A stretch of 64,000 nt of DNA, taken from NCBI GenBank assembly GCA_965204535.1, contig OZ241996.1, positions 1,152,001-1,216,000 on the forward strand, read 5' to 3'. Positions within the stretch are counted from its first letter, which is position 1. Every line of letters starts with the position of its first letter. The position numbers and the translations under genes are program-made. Under the pieces are notes generated by a model. The model ran no database searches and was not told where the DNA came from. It saw nothing but the letters and a program-made list of their open reading frames with translations. Shown here piece after piece: positions 37,074 to 47,054 of this stretch. The stretch is from a bacterium. GTDB taxonomy: Bacteria; UBA8248.

Positions 37074-38066
37074 ATGAGACTGAACGGTTCCGCGCCCACC
37101 CCGCCTTTCCGCCCGGCGTGGTTCTGTCGGGGGCGCCATCTCCAGAGCACATGGGGATATTGTTTGAGAAAACACCCGCGCGTCTCCTGGCGGCGGGAGC
37201 GCTGGGATACGCCCGACGGCGATTTCCTGGACGTCGATTTTCTCGATTCGGATCAACCGGACGCCCCGACGCTGCTCGTGCTGCACGGCCTGGAAGGTTC
37301 CGCCGATTCCCATTACGTGCGAGGTGCTGCGGGGAGGGCGCAATCGCTCGGCTGGCGGGCGCTGGCGATGAACTATCGCTCCTGCAGCGGCGAGCCGAAC
37401 AGGAATCCCAAATTCTACCACTGCGGGGAGACGGGGGACCCGGGATTCGTAGTGGCGCGGATTCTGGAGAGATTCACCGGGCCACTCGTTCTGGCGGGCT
37501 TCTCTCTGGGAGGGAACGTCCTGCTCAAGTGGTTGGGAGAATGCGGTGATGCGGTCTCGCCCCGCATACGTGGGGCCGCCAGTATTTCCCCAAGCTTGGG
37601 GCCCGCCGCGTGCGCGAAAGTGCTCGATTCCTTGACGGGTTATTTCTACAAATGGCATCTGCTGAGCAGCGTGAAGGAAAAAGCGGAGCGTTTCTCGAAA
37701 ATGCACCCCGGCCTCATCGACATCGAGGGGGTGAGGCGTGCGCGGACGTTCCACCGCTTCGACCGCCTCGTCATCGCGCCGCTCTATGGGTTCCGGGACG
37801 AGCTGGATTATTACGAGCAGGCGGACGCCTCACCCTATCTGCCCCGAATCCAAGTGAAGACGCTCATTCTCTCCGCCGAGAACGACCCCATCGTGCCGCC
37901 CCACGTGTTTCCCCGTCGAGAAATCGGGGAATCCGAGTGGCTGAGCGGCGTCTTGCTGAAAAGCGGCGGGCACGTGGGCTTCGTGTCGGGCGGCAACCCC
38001 CGCGCGCCGGTCTACTGGGCCGAGGAGCGGGCGTTCGAGTTTCTCGATGATTGTCTCAAAAGCTGA
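37074..38066 (+). CDS. YheT-family alpha/beta hydrolase
   Basis: HLQS.W, TPDGDF, LHGLEGS, GFSLGGN, GGHVGF. Confidence 0.92.
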   Translation: MRLNGSAPTPPFRPAWFCRGRHLQSTWGYCLRKHPRVSWRRERWDTPDGDFLDVDFLDSDQPDAPTLLVLHGLEGSADSHYVRGAAGRAQSLGWRALAMNYRSCSGEPNRNPKFYHCGETGDPGFVVARILERFTGPLVLAGFSLGGNVLLKWLGECGDAVSPRIRGAASISPSLGPAACAKVLDSLTGYFYKWHLLSSVKEKAERFSKMHPGLIDIEGVRRARTFHRFDRLVIAPLYGFRDELDYYEQADASPYLPRIQVKTLILSAENDPIVPPHVFPRREIGESEWLSGVLLKSGGHVGFVSGGNPRAPVYWAEERAFEFLDDCLKS

Positions 38067-38140
38067 CGCGGGGGGGAGCTCTGATGCCGTGATTCGGTGC
38101 ATGGAGTTGACCGGGGAGGAGCCGCAGGCTCTCGCCTTGA

Positions 38141-38272
38141 CCCCCCCCTCCCCCTTGTCAGGGGGTAAAAAAAGAAAGCCCCCCTTGCCGAAGGCAAGAA
38201 AAAACAAAAGCCCCTCTACCGGCGGCGGGCGTCGCCTTTTCATACCCCCCTGACAAGGGGGGTAGGGGGGGG
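38141..38272. repeat. CCCCCTTG...CAAGGGGG-type palindromic repeat cluster
   Basis: CCCCCCCTCCCCCTTGTCAGGGGGTA inverted against TACCCCCCTGACAAGGGGGGTAGGGGGGG. Confidence 0.65.
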
Positions 38273-38316
38273 TGCCTTTATCCCGTGAGGATAACTTTCT
38301 CAACAGCCCCCTTGTC

Positions 38317-39829
38317 GGGCCTGTTGAAAAACCCCTGGTTTTGTGATCGTATGGAGTTATCCCCCCTCGCCCGAGATGGGAGATTCCCCGATGTTGGACC
38401 GCAAGAGGCGCGGGCAGATGGAATTGTTCGTGGCCGGTTCGCTGGAGCAGTTGATTCCCGAAGATTACATATTGTTCCGGGTGAACCGCGTACTGGATTT
38501 GAGCTGGCTGCGCGAGGAAGTGGCGGGGTGCTATTGCGCGGACAACGGTCGACCGGGGATCGACCCGGAAGTGGTGGTGCGGTTGATGCTGGCGGGCCTG
38601 CTGCTGGGCCACGTGCACGACCGGCATCTGCTTCGCGAGGCGCAGGTGAACCTGGCGATCCGGTGGTTCATCGGTTACGAGCTGCACGAGGAGTTGCCGG
38701 ATCATTCAAGCCTGACGCGGATTCGCCAGCGCTGGGGGGAGGCGCGGTTCAAGGAGATATTGCGCCGCACGGTTCAGGCGTGCCTGGAGGCGCAGGTGGC
38801 GAAGGGGGAAGTGGTTCACATGGACGCGTCTTTGATACGTGCGGACGTGAGCTGGGAGAGTCTGGCGGCGCGCCACGCGGAGAAGGTGGTGCGGGAGAAC
38901 GACTCGGCGGATGAGACGGGGAAGAAGGGCGGCGGCGGTTCGGGTCCGGTGAGCCGAACGGACCCCGACGCTCGCCTGGCGCGCAAGAGCGCTCGGGCGG
39001 GGTTCGAGCCGAGCTACAAGCACCACGCGGTGGTGGACGACGAGCGGGGCGTTGTCCTCGACGTAGAGGTGACGGAGGGGACGTTGAACGAGCGGGAGAT
39101 GATGGAGCCGCAGCTGGATGCGGTTTGCGAGCTCACGGGTCGCGCGCCCGCGGTGGTGACGGCGGATAGTGGTTATGCGTATTCGAAGGTGTATGCGGGA
39201 TTGGAGCGTCGGGGGGTGGACGCGGTGATTCCGGCGAAGAAGGAGCCTTCCCAGAGCCGTGTTCCGCTGCAGTTGTTCCGCTACGACGAGCGGCGCAAGG
39301 TGGTGAAGTGTCCGGGCGGCAAGACGCTGCGTCCCCGGAAGGAGACGGAGCGGGGGCGCTACTATGGTTCGAGGACGCGCGATTGCGCGGGCTGCGCGCT
39401 GAGGTCGGATTGTCTTCCCAAGTCGCACACGAGCAGGACGGTGCTGATTCCGCATGAATATCCGGCGCTGTTGCGCGCGCGCCGCCGCCACGCGCGCCGG
39501 GGGGAGGAGGAGGGCCGGCTGTGGCGCCGCCACATGTCGCGTTCGGAGGGTTACCACGGCGAGGCGAAGAGTCGGCACGGACTGGGGCGGGCGGTGCGCC
39601 GGGGCCTTGCGAACATGAGGATCCAGGCCTACCTGACGGCGACTGCGGTGAACCTCAAGCGGCTGGCCGCCGCTTTTGCGGCGGGTATATTCGCTCTGTG
39701 GAGGGCCTGCGCCGCCCGGAGACGCCGAATGAGCGCATATCGCGGCCTCACGCGCCGATTGGGCTTCCTCTCCCAGGCCGCGTGAGCCGCCATACATCCC
39801 GCTTCAAAACGGGGTTTTTCAACAGCCCC
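38317..39829 (+). mobile_element. IS1182-family insertion sequence (1513 bp)
   Basis: 19-bp TIRs GGGCCTGTTGAAAAACCCC / GGGGTTTTTCAACAGCCCC; GTC duplicated at 38314-38316 and 39830-39832. Confidence 0.9.
38391..39785 (+). CDS. IS1182-family transposase
   Basis: GRPGIDP, AIRWF.G...PDHSSL, MDAS, TDPDA, ADSGY, CPGG..L, NLKRL. Confidence 0.93.
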   Translation: MLDRKRRGQMELFVAGSLEQLIPEDYILFRVNRVLDLSWLREEVAGCYCADNGRPGIDPEVVVRLMLAGLLLGHVHDRHLLREAQVNLAIRWFIGYELHEELPDHSSLTRIRQRWGEARFKEILRRTVQACLEAQVAKGEVVHMDASLIRADVSWESLAARHAEKVVRENDSADETGKKGGGGSGPVSRTDPDARLARKSARAGFEPSYKHHAVVDDERGVVLDVEVTEGTLNEREMMEPQLDAVCELTGRAPAVVTADSGYAYSKVYAGLERRGVDAVIPAKKEPSQSRVPLQLFRYDERRKVVKCPGGKTLRPRKETERGRYYGSRTRDCAGCALRSDCLPKSHTSRTVLIPHEYPALLRARRRHARRGEEEGRLWRRHMSRSEGYHGEAKSRHGLGRAVRRGLANMRIQAYLTATAVNLKRLAAAFAAGIFALWRACAARRRRMSAYRGLTRRLGFLSQAA

Positions 39830-39927
39830 GTCAAGGGGGGAGTGATTTTACAAACCGAGGTGGAGCGGCAAACTCATTCGTCGGGGTTTTTTCAATAGCC
39901 CTCTTGAAGGTCGGTCGGGATCCCACC

Positions 39928-39975
39928 GTAGCGGACAGGCCTCTGCGCCTGTCCGAGGTCGCGACCTGTCCCTAC
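39928..39975. repeat. GTAG-type REP pair
   Basis: GTAGCGGACAGGC...GCCTGTCCG and GGTCGCGACCTGTCCCTAC. Confidence 0.7.
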
Positions 39976-39999
39976 AAAACCATCACGCCCACCCGCGCT

Positions 40000-41094
40000 T
40001 CAGGCGTTTCTGTCGTATTCCCGGGATTGTAGTTTCTCGTGGCGCGCCGTCGCGCAACTGATGAGCCGGTCCAGCATTTCGGGGTAGGAGACGCCCGCCG
40101 CGCGGATCATGCGGGGGTACCCGCTCAACTGCGTGAAGCCGGGCAGGGTGTTCACCTCGTTGATGTAGAGCTCGCCCGTTCTCTCGCGGTAGAAAAAATC
40201 CACGCGGGCGAGTCCCGAACAGCCCAGCGAGCTGAAAGCGCCCCGCGCGTAGAGGCGGGTGTGGTCGGCCAAGGATTCCTCGACGGGTGCGGGGATGATC
40301 AACTCCGCGCGCCCCTCTTCGTACTTCGCCTCGTAGTCGTACCAGCCCGAACGCGTCGTGATCTCCATGATCGGACTCGCGAGGAATTCGCCCAAAGCGG
40401 GGCCTTCGAGCACGGAGCACTCGAGCTCGCGGCCCTGTGCGTGTTCCTCAATCAAGACCTTGCTGTCGAAACGGAAGGCGTCGGCAATCGCGTCGCCGAG
40501 TTCACCTGCGCTCTCCACCAGATGGACGCCGACGCTGCTGCCCGAAGAGGAAGGTTTGACGAAGAGGGGATAGCCGATCTTCGAAGCCGCCTCCTCGCAG
40601 AGGGCGTCGCGGTCTGCACCCCAAGTTTCTGGAAACAGCGTGAGCGCGGGAAGAACAGGCAGTCCCGCCGCGCGCAGCACCGCCTTGGCGACGGTCTTGT
40701 CCATCGTGATGGCCGAAGACGCGCACCCCGAGCCCACGAAGGGGACTTCAGCCAGCTCGAATAGGCCCTGCAGCGTGCCGTCTTCCCCGAAAGTGCCGTG
40801 GATGATGGGAAAGTATACGTCGATAGCGAAGTGCTCACCGCTCCCGGCGTACCGGAGCGGCACTTCACCCGGCGTGCCCGAAAAGAGAACTTCCTCGCCC
40901 GCATCTTCCGGCGCATCGGGGGCGGGGAGGGCGATCCATGCCCCCGATCTCGTGATGAGGATGGGATGAACGTCGTATTTCTCAGAATCGAGCTCCGCCA
41001 TGATGGCCCGGCCCGAGTTGCAACTCACCTCGTGCTCGGTCGATCTGCCGCCGAACACGACGCCGACGCTTGTCTTTCGGGGTGTAGACGCCAT
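40000..41094 (-). CDS. ddl: D-alanine--D-alanine ligase
   Basis: FGGRSTEHEVS, HGTFGEDGTLQG, VKPSSSGSSVG, YDYEAKY, NEVNTLPGFT. Confidence 0.96.
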   Translation of the reverse strand: MASTPRKTSVGVVFGGRSTEHEVSCNSGRAIMAELDSEKYDVHPILITRSGAWIALPAPDAPEDAGEEVLFSGTPGEVPLRYAGSGEHFAIDVYFPIIHGTFGEDGTLQGLFELAEVPFVGSGCASSAITMDKTVAKAVLRAAGLPVLPALTLFPETWGADRDALCEEAASKIGYPLFVKPSSSGSSVGVHLVESAGELGDAIADAFRFDSKVLIEEHAQGRELECSVLEGPALGEFLASPIMEITTRSGWYDYEAKYEEGRAELIIPAPVEESLADHTRLYARGAFSSLGCSGLARVDFFYRERTGELYINEVNTLPGFTQLSGYPRMIRAAGVSYPEMLDRLISCATARHEKLQSREYDRNA

Positions 41095-41147
41095 TTGCGG
41101 CGAATCCTTCCTCGGGGCGCGCGAAATGTTTCAGGTGGGCGTGGGGT

Positions 41148-41714
41148 TCAGCGTATCAGTTTCGAGAGGAATTTGAAATCCTCGGTGCCTGCGACGCGGA
41201 GAAGCTCGAAGAGCGCCTGTTCGGTCGTGGCGGGAATGGCGCCCGCGCGCTCGAGCGCCGAGAGGCCCGTCCGCCAGTTCAGCTTCGAGCGCGAGCAGGT
41301 GGCGTCGGCCACCGCGTGGACGATGAAGCCGTTATCGAGCAGGTCGAGCGCCGTCTGGTAGCAGCACACGTGCGTCTCCGCACCCGTGAGCAATATCTTT
41401 GTCCTGCCCGTCTCGTGCAGGCGCGGCAGGAACGTCTCCTCGGCGCAGCAGCTGAACGCGATCTTCTCGATGGGGGTGAACCCCGGCACCTTCTCCGCCA
41501 CCTCGGAGAGGGTGGGGCCGAGTCCCTTTGGGTATTGCTCGGTGACGAGGACCGGGAAATCGAGTCGCGCCGCCGCCTCCGCCAGAGTGAGGATGCGTTC
41601 GACGACCTGCGCGCGCACGTCTTCTCTCATGGCGGACATGAGCCTCTCCTGCGCGTCGACGATGAGCAGGAGGCAGTCTTCGGGTTTAAGCCGGAACGAG
41701 TCGATGTCGGCCAT
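41148..41714 (-). CDS. isochorismatase-like hydrolase
   Basis: IVDAQERL, TEQYPKGLG, EK..FSC, GAETHVC..QTALDL. Confidence 0.92.
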   Translation of the reverse strand: MADIDSFRLKPEDCLLLIVDAQERLMSAMREDVRAQVVERILTLAEAAARLDFPVLVTEQYPKGLGPTLSEVAEKVPGFTPIEKIAFSCCAEETFLPRLHETGRTKILLTGAETHVCCYQTALDLLDNGFIVHAVADATCSRSKLNWRTGLSALERAGAIPATTEQALFELLRVAGTEDFKFLSKLIR

Positions 41715-41868
41715 TTGCTCTCCTCAAGCGGGAAATGATGAAAAAGGCTATTACAGGGTTTTCGCGCGGTCAAGGAATGACCCAAAGCCTTGATTCCCTT
41801 ATGTCCGTGGGATAGCATCGCGCAGTAAATTTTCAGGCCATCATGGATACCAACAAAAGGGGAACAAC

Positions 41869-42861
41869 ATGCCGGACAAGGCGAAAGTCGTCCTGACCGA
41901 TTACGTCTGGGAGTCCCTGGACGTCGAGAACGAGATTTTGGGAGAGCTGGCCGATATCGTCGCCATGCAGACGAAGGCGCCCGCGGAATTTCTGGCGGAA
42001 GCCGCCGATTGCGACGCGATCCTGAACACCTACGCCGGCCCCATCACCAAAGAGGACATGGCGGGGATGCCGGATTGCAAGATCATCGCGCGCTACGGCA
42101 TCGGCGTGGACACGATTGACTTAGACGCCGCCACGGAGGCGGGCATCATCGTCACGAACAATCCCACCTACTGCATCGAGGAGGTCGCCGAGCACACGAT
42201 GGCGCTCCTGCTCGCATCGGCGAGGAAGGTGGCGTTTTACGATCGCCGGGTGCGCGCGGGCGAGTGGGCGGTGCCGCCGGGCAAGCCCATGTTCCGCCTT
42301 GTGGGCGCGACGCTGGGTCTCGTGGGCTTCGGGAACATCGCCCGCATGGTGGCCGCCCGCGCCGCATCGTTCGGGATGCGGGTGCTGTTCAACGACCCCT
42401 TCGTGGCGCAGGGCCAGTTCGATGCGCCCGGCGAGAAGGTGGATGAGTTGGCCGATATGTACGCCGAGGCTGATTTCGTCTCCATCCATCCGCCGCTCAT
42501 CCCCCAGACGCGCGGGATGATGAACGATGCGGCCTTTGCGCAAATGAAGAACACCGCCGTCATCATCAACTGCTCGCGCGGCCCGATTATCGATACCGAC
42601 GCTCTCGTGCGCGCGCTCGATTCCGGCGAAATCGCAGGCTGCGCCCTCGATACGACCGACCCCGAGCCCCTGCCCGACCCACATCCCTTGCGGGGGCGCG
42701 AGAACGTCATCATCAACCCGCACGCGGCTTGGTACAGCGAGGAGTCCATGGTGGGCCTGCAACAGGGCGCGCCGGGAGAAGTCAGGCGCGTGCTTTCCGG
42801 TGAATGGCCCGTGAACGTCGTGAACCGCGCCGTCAAGGAGAACAACAGGGCGGGGTTGTAG
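41869..42861 (+). CDS. D-2-hydroxyacid dehydrogenase (CtBP-like)
   Basis: RYGIGVD, YCIEEVAEH, GFGNI, NCSRG, NPHAAWYS. Confidence 0.92.
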   Translation: MPDKAKVVLTDYVWESLDVENEILGELADIVAMQTKAPAEFLAEAADCDAILNTYAGPITKEDMAGMPDCKIIARYGIGVDTIDLDAATEAGIIVTNNPTYCIEEVAEHTMALLLASARKVAFYDRRVRAGEWAVPPGKPMFRLVGATLGLVGFGNIARMVAARAASFGMRVLFNDPFVAQGQFDAPGEKVDELADMYAEADFVSIHPPLIPQTRGMMNDAAFAQMKNTAVIINCSRGPIIDTDALVRALDSGEIAGCALDTTDPEPLPDPHPLRGRENVIINPHAAWYSEESMVGLQQGAPGEVRRVLSGEWPVNVVNRAVKENNRAGL

Positions 42862-42909
42862 GGGAGAGTGATTCTCGATCGTGCCTTGATTCGATTGGCG
42901 CAGATTCTC

Positions 42910-42935
42910 GTAGGGGCGGGCCTCTGTGCCCGCCC
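42910..42935. repeat. GTAG-type REP
   Basis: GTAGGGGCGGGC...GCCCGCCC. Confidence 0.65.
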
Positions 42936-42962
42936 GGCGTTCTTGCCGAAGCGAACCGCCGT

Positions 42963-43334
42963 CTAGCTTGGGTTTTCTTCTGTCGTGCGAAGAAGATTTT
43001 GCAATTGCGGCAATAGGCTGGGAATGCCTTCCTCGATCATGGTCCAGACGAGGGTATCGTCCATTCTCATATAGCCGTGAGCCAACTGGTTTCGCGCGCC
43101 GATGATGCTGCCCCAGGGGATATCAGGATATCGGTCGCGCACCTCGTCAGGGATGCGGGTTGCCGCTTCGCCGATGAGTTCGAGGTTGCGTAGTGTGGCG
43201 TCGTACGTGATCTTGCTGGCGACGAATGCCGCCTGGTCTAATCCCGCGGTATAATCCAGGACCCTGCCGCAGAATTCGATCATGTCCTGAACATAAAAGC
43301 GCCATTCGCGCTCGCCCTGACCGGCCTCAGACAT
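42963..43334 (-). CDS. hepT: HepT (DUF86/HEPN) toxin
   Basis: RNLELIGEAA, IPW..I.G.RNQLAHGY (RX4HXY). Confidence 0.9.
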   Translation of the reverse strand: MSEAGQGEREWRFYVQDMIEFCGRVLDYTAGLDQAAFVASKITYDATLRNLELIGEAATRIPDEVRDRYPDIPWGSIIGARNQLAHGYMRMDDTLVWTMIEEGIPSLLPQLQNLLRTTEENPS

Positions 43335-43617
43335 GAACGATCTCCCGTTCGACATAGGGGCGTATCTCGGCGCGCACCATCTTTTCCGTCGCCAGATCGA
43401 CCTCGCGGCCAAGCAGATCCTCGATGTAGAACTGCGCGTCAAAAAATCGTTTCCAGTGCGCCGGACCATCGAAATGAACGAGAATATCCACGTCGCTGTC
43501 CTCCCCGGCTTCGTCGCGCGCGAAGGAGCCGAAAATGGCGAGTTCGGCGACGCCGAAGCGCTCCGCGAGGATCCCCTTGTGCGCCCGGAGAATTTTCAGG
43601 ACTTCATCCCGCTTCAT
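43327..43617 (-). CDS. mntA: MntA minimal nucleotidyltransferase antitoxin
   Basis: FGSFARDE...SDVD, GREVDL; overlaps hepT. Confidence 0.9.
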   Translation of the reverse strand: MKRDEVLKILRAHKGILAERFGVAELAIFGSFARDEAGEDSDVDILVHFDGPAHWKRFFDAQFYIEDLLGREVDLATEKMVRAEIRPYVEREIVHV

Positions 43618-43977
43618 CGCTGCTCCCGTTAATTCATGAAACAGTGTAATTTCTCCTGTTTCTTCTCATATTTTATCGTATTCCAGATGAAAGCCGTCCA
43701 CAAGTTCGCAAAACTCCCGCCATCCGTCGAGAAACGCGCATCCGCTCTTGACACGAGGCGGTTTCGCCCGTAATAAGAACCTTGCGTTTGCTCAAATCCT
43801 GATGGTCTCGGCGTCCGGCGAGGCCATGCGCCGCCCGTGGCGAAACCAAGCGAATCGGTTTCATTATCCGTCGGTATCGGGGATAATGTATCCGCGCGAC
43901 GCTTGGTAGTCGACAGGCTTTGGGATGCGCGAAGTCGAAAGGTGGTTCGAGTCTCGAAACGGGAGTGCAGAGTCCGC

Positions 43978-44532
43978 ATGAACACTCGCTTGAAAGCCCC
44001 TCCGGTGAAGCTGCCCGCCGATTACGAGGAGGAGGCGAAAGAGAAAAGGCCGTTCATCGACCGCAGGCGGTTCATGAACTACACGGGGTGGCTCGGCGTC
44101 CTGGGCGCCATCAACGTCGCGCTGATCGGTTTCCTGCGATTCATGTTCCCGCGCGTTCTGTTCGAACCGCCCACCGAGTTCAAGGCGGGGGACCCGGCGG
44201 ATTACGCCGTGGGCGTGGTGGACACCCGCTACGTGAACAGCGAGCGCGTCTGGATCATCCGCGAGCAGAATGGCTTCTACGCCCTGAGCGCGATTTGCAC
44301 CCATCTGGGATGCACGCCGAAGTACCTGGGTTCCGAGGACAAGTTCAAATGCCCGTGCCACGGGAGCGGGTTCCGCCGAAGCGGCATCAACTTCGAGGGA
44401 CCGGCCCCGAGGCCGCTCGAGAGGCTCAAAATCGGCCTGGCCGAGGATGGGCAACTGTTGATTGACAAGGGCAAGCTGTTTCTCCACGAGAAAGGGCAAT
44501 GGGACGACCCGGGCGCTTTTCTCTTTATTTAG
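43978..44532 (+). CDS. qcrA: Rieske Fe-S subunit of cytochrome bc complex
   Basis: Tat DRRRF; CTHLGC and CPCHGS; GPAPRPL. Confidence 0.93.
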   Translation: MNTRLKAPPVKLPADYEEEAKEKRPFIDRRRFMNYTGWLGVLGAINVALIGFLRFMFPRVLFEPPTEFKAGDPADYAVGVVDTRYVNSERVWIIREQNGFYALSAICTHLGCTPKYLGSEDKFKCPCHGSGFRRSGINFEGPAPRPLERLKIGLAEDGQLLIDKGKLFLHEKGQWDDPGAFLFI

Positions 44533-44580
44533 TATAAGGGCTTATTTATTCGTTCGGTGCGAGTTCGTGGGGGTTTTTAG

Positions 44581-45369
44581 ATGCCGAGTTTGAAAGAACG
44601 CTTGAACCTGGATCAGGTGAAACGTAGTGTGCTCGACTCCCAGGTGTGGAGGTCGATGTTCCGCCACGGGTATGAGGACACGCCGAGAAACCGCGTTCTC
44701 ATGGTCGTGGACAACCTCTGGCTGCACCTGCATCCCACGAAAATCAGGCGTCACGCCATCCGCATCCGCTTCACGTGGTGCATGGGCGGGGTGACGTTCC
44801 TGTTGTTCCTCTACCTCGTCGTCACCGGCGTGGTCTTGATGTTTTACTACCGGCCCGTGGGCGAGTACGCCTACGCGGACATCAAATACCTCGAATTCGA
44901 CGCCCCCTTCGGCATGTTCATGCGCAACATGCACCGCTGGGCGGCGCACGCCATGGTCATCGCCGTGTGGCTCCACATGCTGCGCGTCTTCATGACGGGC
45001 TCCTACAAGCCGCCGCGCGAGTTCAACTGGGTCATCGGAGTGCTGCTGCTCACGCTCACGCTGCTGCTCAGCTTTACCGGCTATCTGCTCCCCTGGGATC
45101 AGCTCGCCATCTGGGCGGTGACGGTCGGAACCAACATGGCGCGGGCCACGCCTCTGCTGGGGTCCGAGGGCCCGTTCGCCGAAATGGTGGGCGTGACGCC
45201 GCGCTTCGACGCGCGCTCCGCACTCCTGGGCGGAACCATCGTCGGTCCGCCCACGCTGTTGCGCTTCTACGTGCTGCACTGCATCGTCGTCCCGCTGATA
45301 GCGGCGATTCTGATGATGGTGCATTTCTGGAGAATCCGAAAAGACGGCGGCATCTCGGGTCCTTTGTAG
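44581..45369 (+). CDS. qcrB: cytochrome b, b6-like N-terminal subunit
   Basis: WCMGG (heme ci Cys), [26 protein letters not shown]. Confidence 0.93.
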   Translation: MPSLKERLNLDQVKRSVLDSQVWRSMFRHGYEDTPRNRVLMVVDNLWLHLHPTKIRRHAIRIRFTWCMGGVTFLLFLYLVVTGVVLMFYYRPVGEYAYADIKYLEFDAPFGMFMRNMHRWAAHAMVIAVWLHMLRVFMTGSYKPPREFNWVIGVLLLTLTLLLSFTGYLLPWDQLAIWAVTVGTNMARATPLLGSEGPFAEMVGVTPRFDARSALLGGTIVGPPTLLRFYVLHCIVVPLIAAILMMVHFWRIRKDGGISGPL

Positions 45370-45401
45370 TCTTGGGGGCATAAAAAAGAAGGGCGAGGAC
45401 A

Positions 45402-46181
45402 TTGGCGAAGGAAGACAGGGTTGTCGGCTCTGCCGATGAGATGGCCAAGACGAGTTGGGAGCGGGTGAACGACAAGGTTCACGTGTGGCCCTACCTCACG
45501 CGCCTGGAGTTCATGTGCGCGATCATCATCACCATATTCTTGGTGGTGTGGTCCATCGTTATCGACGCGCCCCTCGAAGAGCCCGCGAACCCTTCCGTCA
45601 CGCCGAACCCTTCGAAGGCGCCGTGGTATTTCCTGGGCCTTCAGGAGTTGCTCGTCTATTTCGACCCGTGGATGGCGGGCGTCGTGCTGCCCACCCTCAT
45701 CATCGTGGGCCTGATGGCCATCCCCTTCATCGACGTGAACCCCAAGGGGAACGGCTACTACACTTTCCACGAACGCAGATTCGCCATCTTCACCTTCCTG
45801 TTCGGTTTTCTGGTCCTGTGGGTGTGGATGGTGGTGCAGGGAACCTTCCTGCGCGGGCCGGGGTGGAACTTCTTCATGCCCTGGGAGTACTGGGACCCGC
45901 ACAAGGTCGTTGCCCTGACGAACGTGGACCTGCCCTACATGCTCGGATTCAGGAGCTACTGGGGCCAGGCGGCGTGCGGCACGGTGCTAATCCTGCTCTG
46001 GTACGCCACCATACCGGCTTACTACATCTGGCGGCGCGAGCGCATGAAGAACGTAGGCCTGGTGCGCTATCTCATCAAGGCGTCTTTGAACATGACGATG
46101 ATGGGTATCGTGGCGAAAATGGTGCTGCGTATCGGGCTCAACGTCAAATACGTGCTCGTCACGCCCTGGTTCAACATTTAG
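45402..46181 (+). CDS. cytochrome b C-terminal (subunit IV-like) protein
   Basis: VWPYL, PLEEPANP..TPNPSKAPWYFLGLQE, RGPGW. Confidence 0.85.
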   Translation: MAKEDRVVGSADEMAKTSWERVNDKVHVWPYLTRLEFMCAIIITIFLVVWSIVIDAPLEEPANPSVTPNPSKAPWYFLGLQELLVYFDPWMAGVVLPTLIIVGLMAIPFIDVNPKGNGYYTFHERRFAIFTFLFGFLVLWVWMVVQGTFLRGPGWNFFMPWEYWDPHKVVALTNVDLPYMLGFRSYWGQAACGTVLILLWYATIPAYYIWRRERMKNVGLVRYLIKASLNMTMMGIVAKMVLRIGLNVKYVLVTPWFNI

Positions 46182-46206
46182 GTTTTCCTCAACCCGAGCG
46201 GAGAAG

Positions 46207-46314
46207 ATGGTTCAGGACAGACAGCGCAAACATCTCTGGTGGGACGCCTGTGGCGTGAAGGTGGCCATCGTCGTTCTGATCGTCGTCTCGGGTGTAATTT
46301 ATTTTTTGGCGTAG
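46207..46314 (+). CDS. 35-aa single-TM microprotein at the end of the bc operon
   Basis: GGAGAAG RBS; MVQDRQRKHLWWDACGVKVAIVVLIVVSGVIYFLA*; lies before the terminator. Confidence 0.6.
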   Translation: MVQDRQRKHLWWDACGVKVAIVVLIVVSGVIYFLA

Positions 46315-46365
46315 GGGATACTTGAAGCCGCAGAAATCGCCTGAAACTTCAAAGAATAATTGTTG

Positions 46366-46395
46366 AGCCGCTTCCTCATGGAGACGGCTTTTTTT
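46366..46395 (+). terminator. intrinsic terminator
   Basis: AGCCG...CGGCT followed by a T-run. Confidence 0.7.
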
Positions 46396-46414
46396 GTTCG
46401 AATGTCTCTTTTTT

Positions 46415-46488
46415 GTAGGGACAACCCCCGGTGGTTGTCCTTTATCGGATGGCGCAACGGCTGGACAGGCACGGGGGCCTGTCCCTAC
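46415..46488. repeat. GTAG-type REP doublet (REPIN-like)
   Basis: GTAGGGACAACC...GGTTGTCC and GGACAGGC...GCCTGTCCCTAC. Confidence 0.7.
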
Positions 46489-46541
46489 GTGTTTATCGCG
46501 CGTTTTCTCTTTTGACGCATTCTTTTACTGGAACAGCAGAA

Positions 46542-47054
46542 TCACTCCGCGCCAGGCCAGGCCATGTCGTGGGCGTGGAGTATCTCGCGGAGCTTCGCGA
46601 CGTTGATGAGCTCCATGGGAGCGCCTTCGGAGTATTTCTGCACCTCTTCGGTGAAATATCCCGTCGAGATCAGGATTCCCTTCAAGGCCCTTTCGGCGCG
46701 CACGGTGTCGGAGAGGCCGATGACCCGTATCGAGTTCACGAAGTCGCCTTCGGGCACGAGAATGCCGTGGATGATGTAGTCGCCCCCGAGAATGGGCGCG
46801 GGGTTGTGCGCGAGGATGTCGATTTCCTCCTCGTTGACCCAGTGAATCTCGACGATGCGCATGTTCATGCTCTCGAGCAGGTCCACGAGCATGCGCTCGA
46901 ACGCCTGGGGAGACATCTGACGCAGGGATTCGATTTCAGAATCGTTTCTGGTCTGTTCGGCATCCGCTTCGAGTGCGATGTTCGATGTCGTTCGCTTGAC
47001 GAACAGTATGGTAATAAACCCCAGGAAGAGCGCGACGAAAATGAGTTCTAGCAT
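46542..47054 (-). CDS. membrane-anchored Mrr-like (restriction endonuclease fold) protein
   Basis: N-terminal TM; MSP.AFE.ML..L, IDILA, KGILISTGYFT, ELIN...L; lacks the Q.K catalytic motif. Confidence 0.7.
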   Translation of the reverse strand: MLELIFVALFLGFITILFVKRTTSNIALEADAEQTRNDSEIESLRQMSPQAFERMLVDLLESMNMRIVEIHWVNEEEIDILAHNPAPILGGDYIIHGILVPEGDFVNSIRVIGLSDTVRAERALKGILISTGYFTEEVQKYSEGAPMELINVAKLREILHAHDMAWPGAE

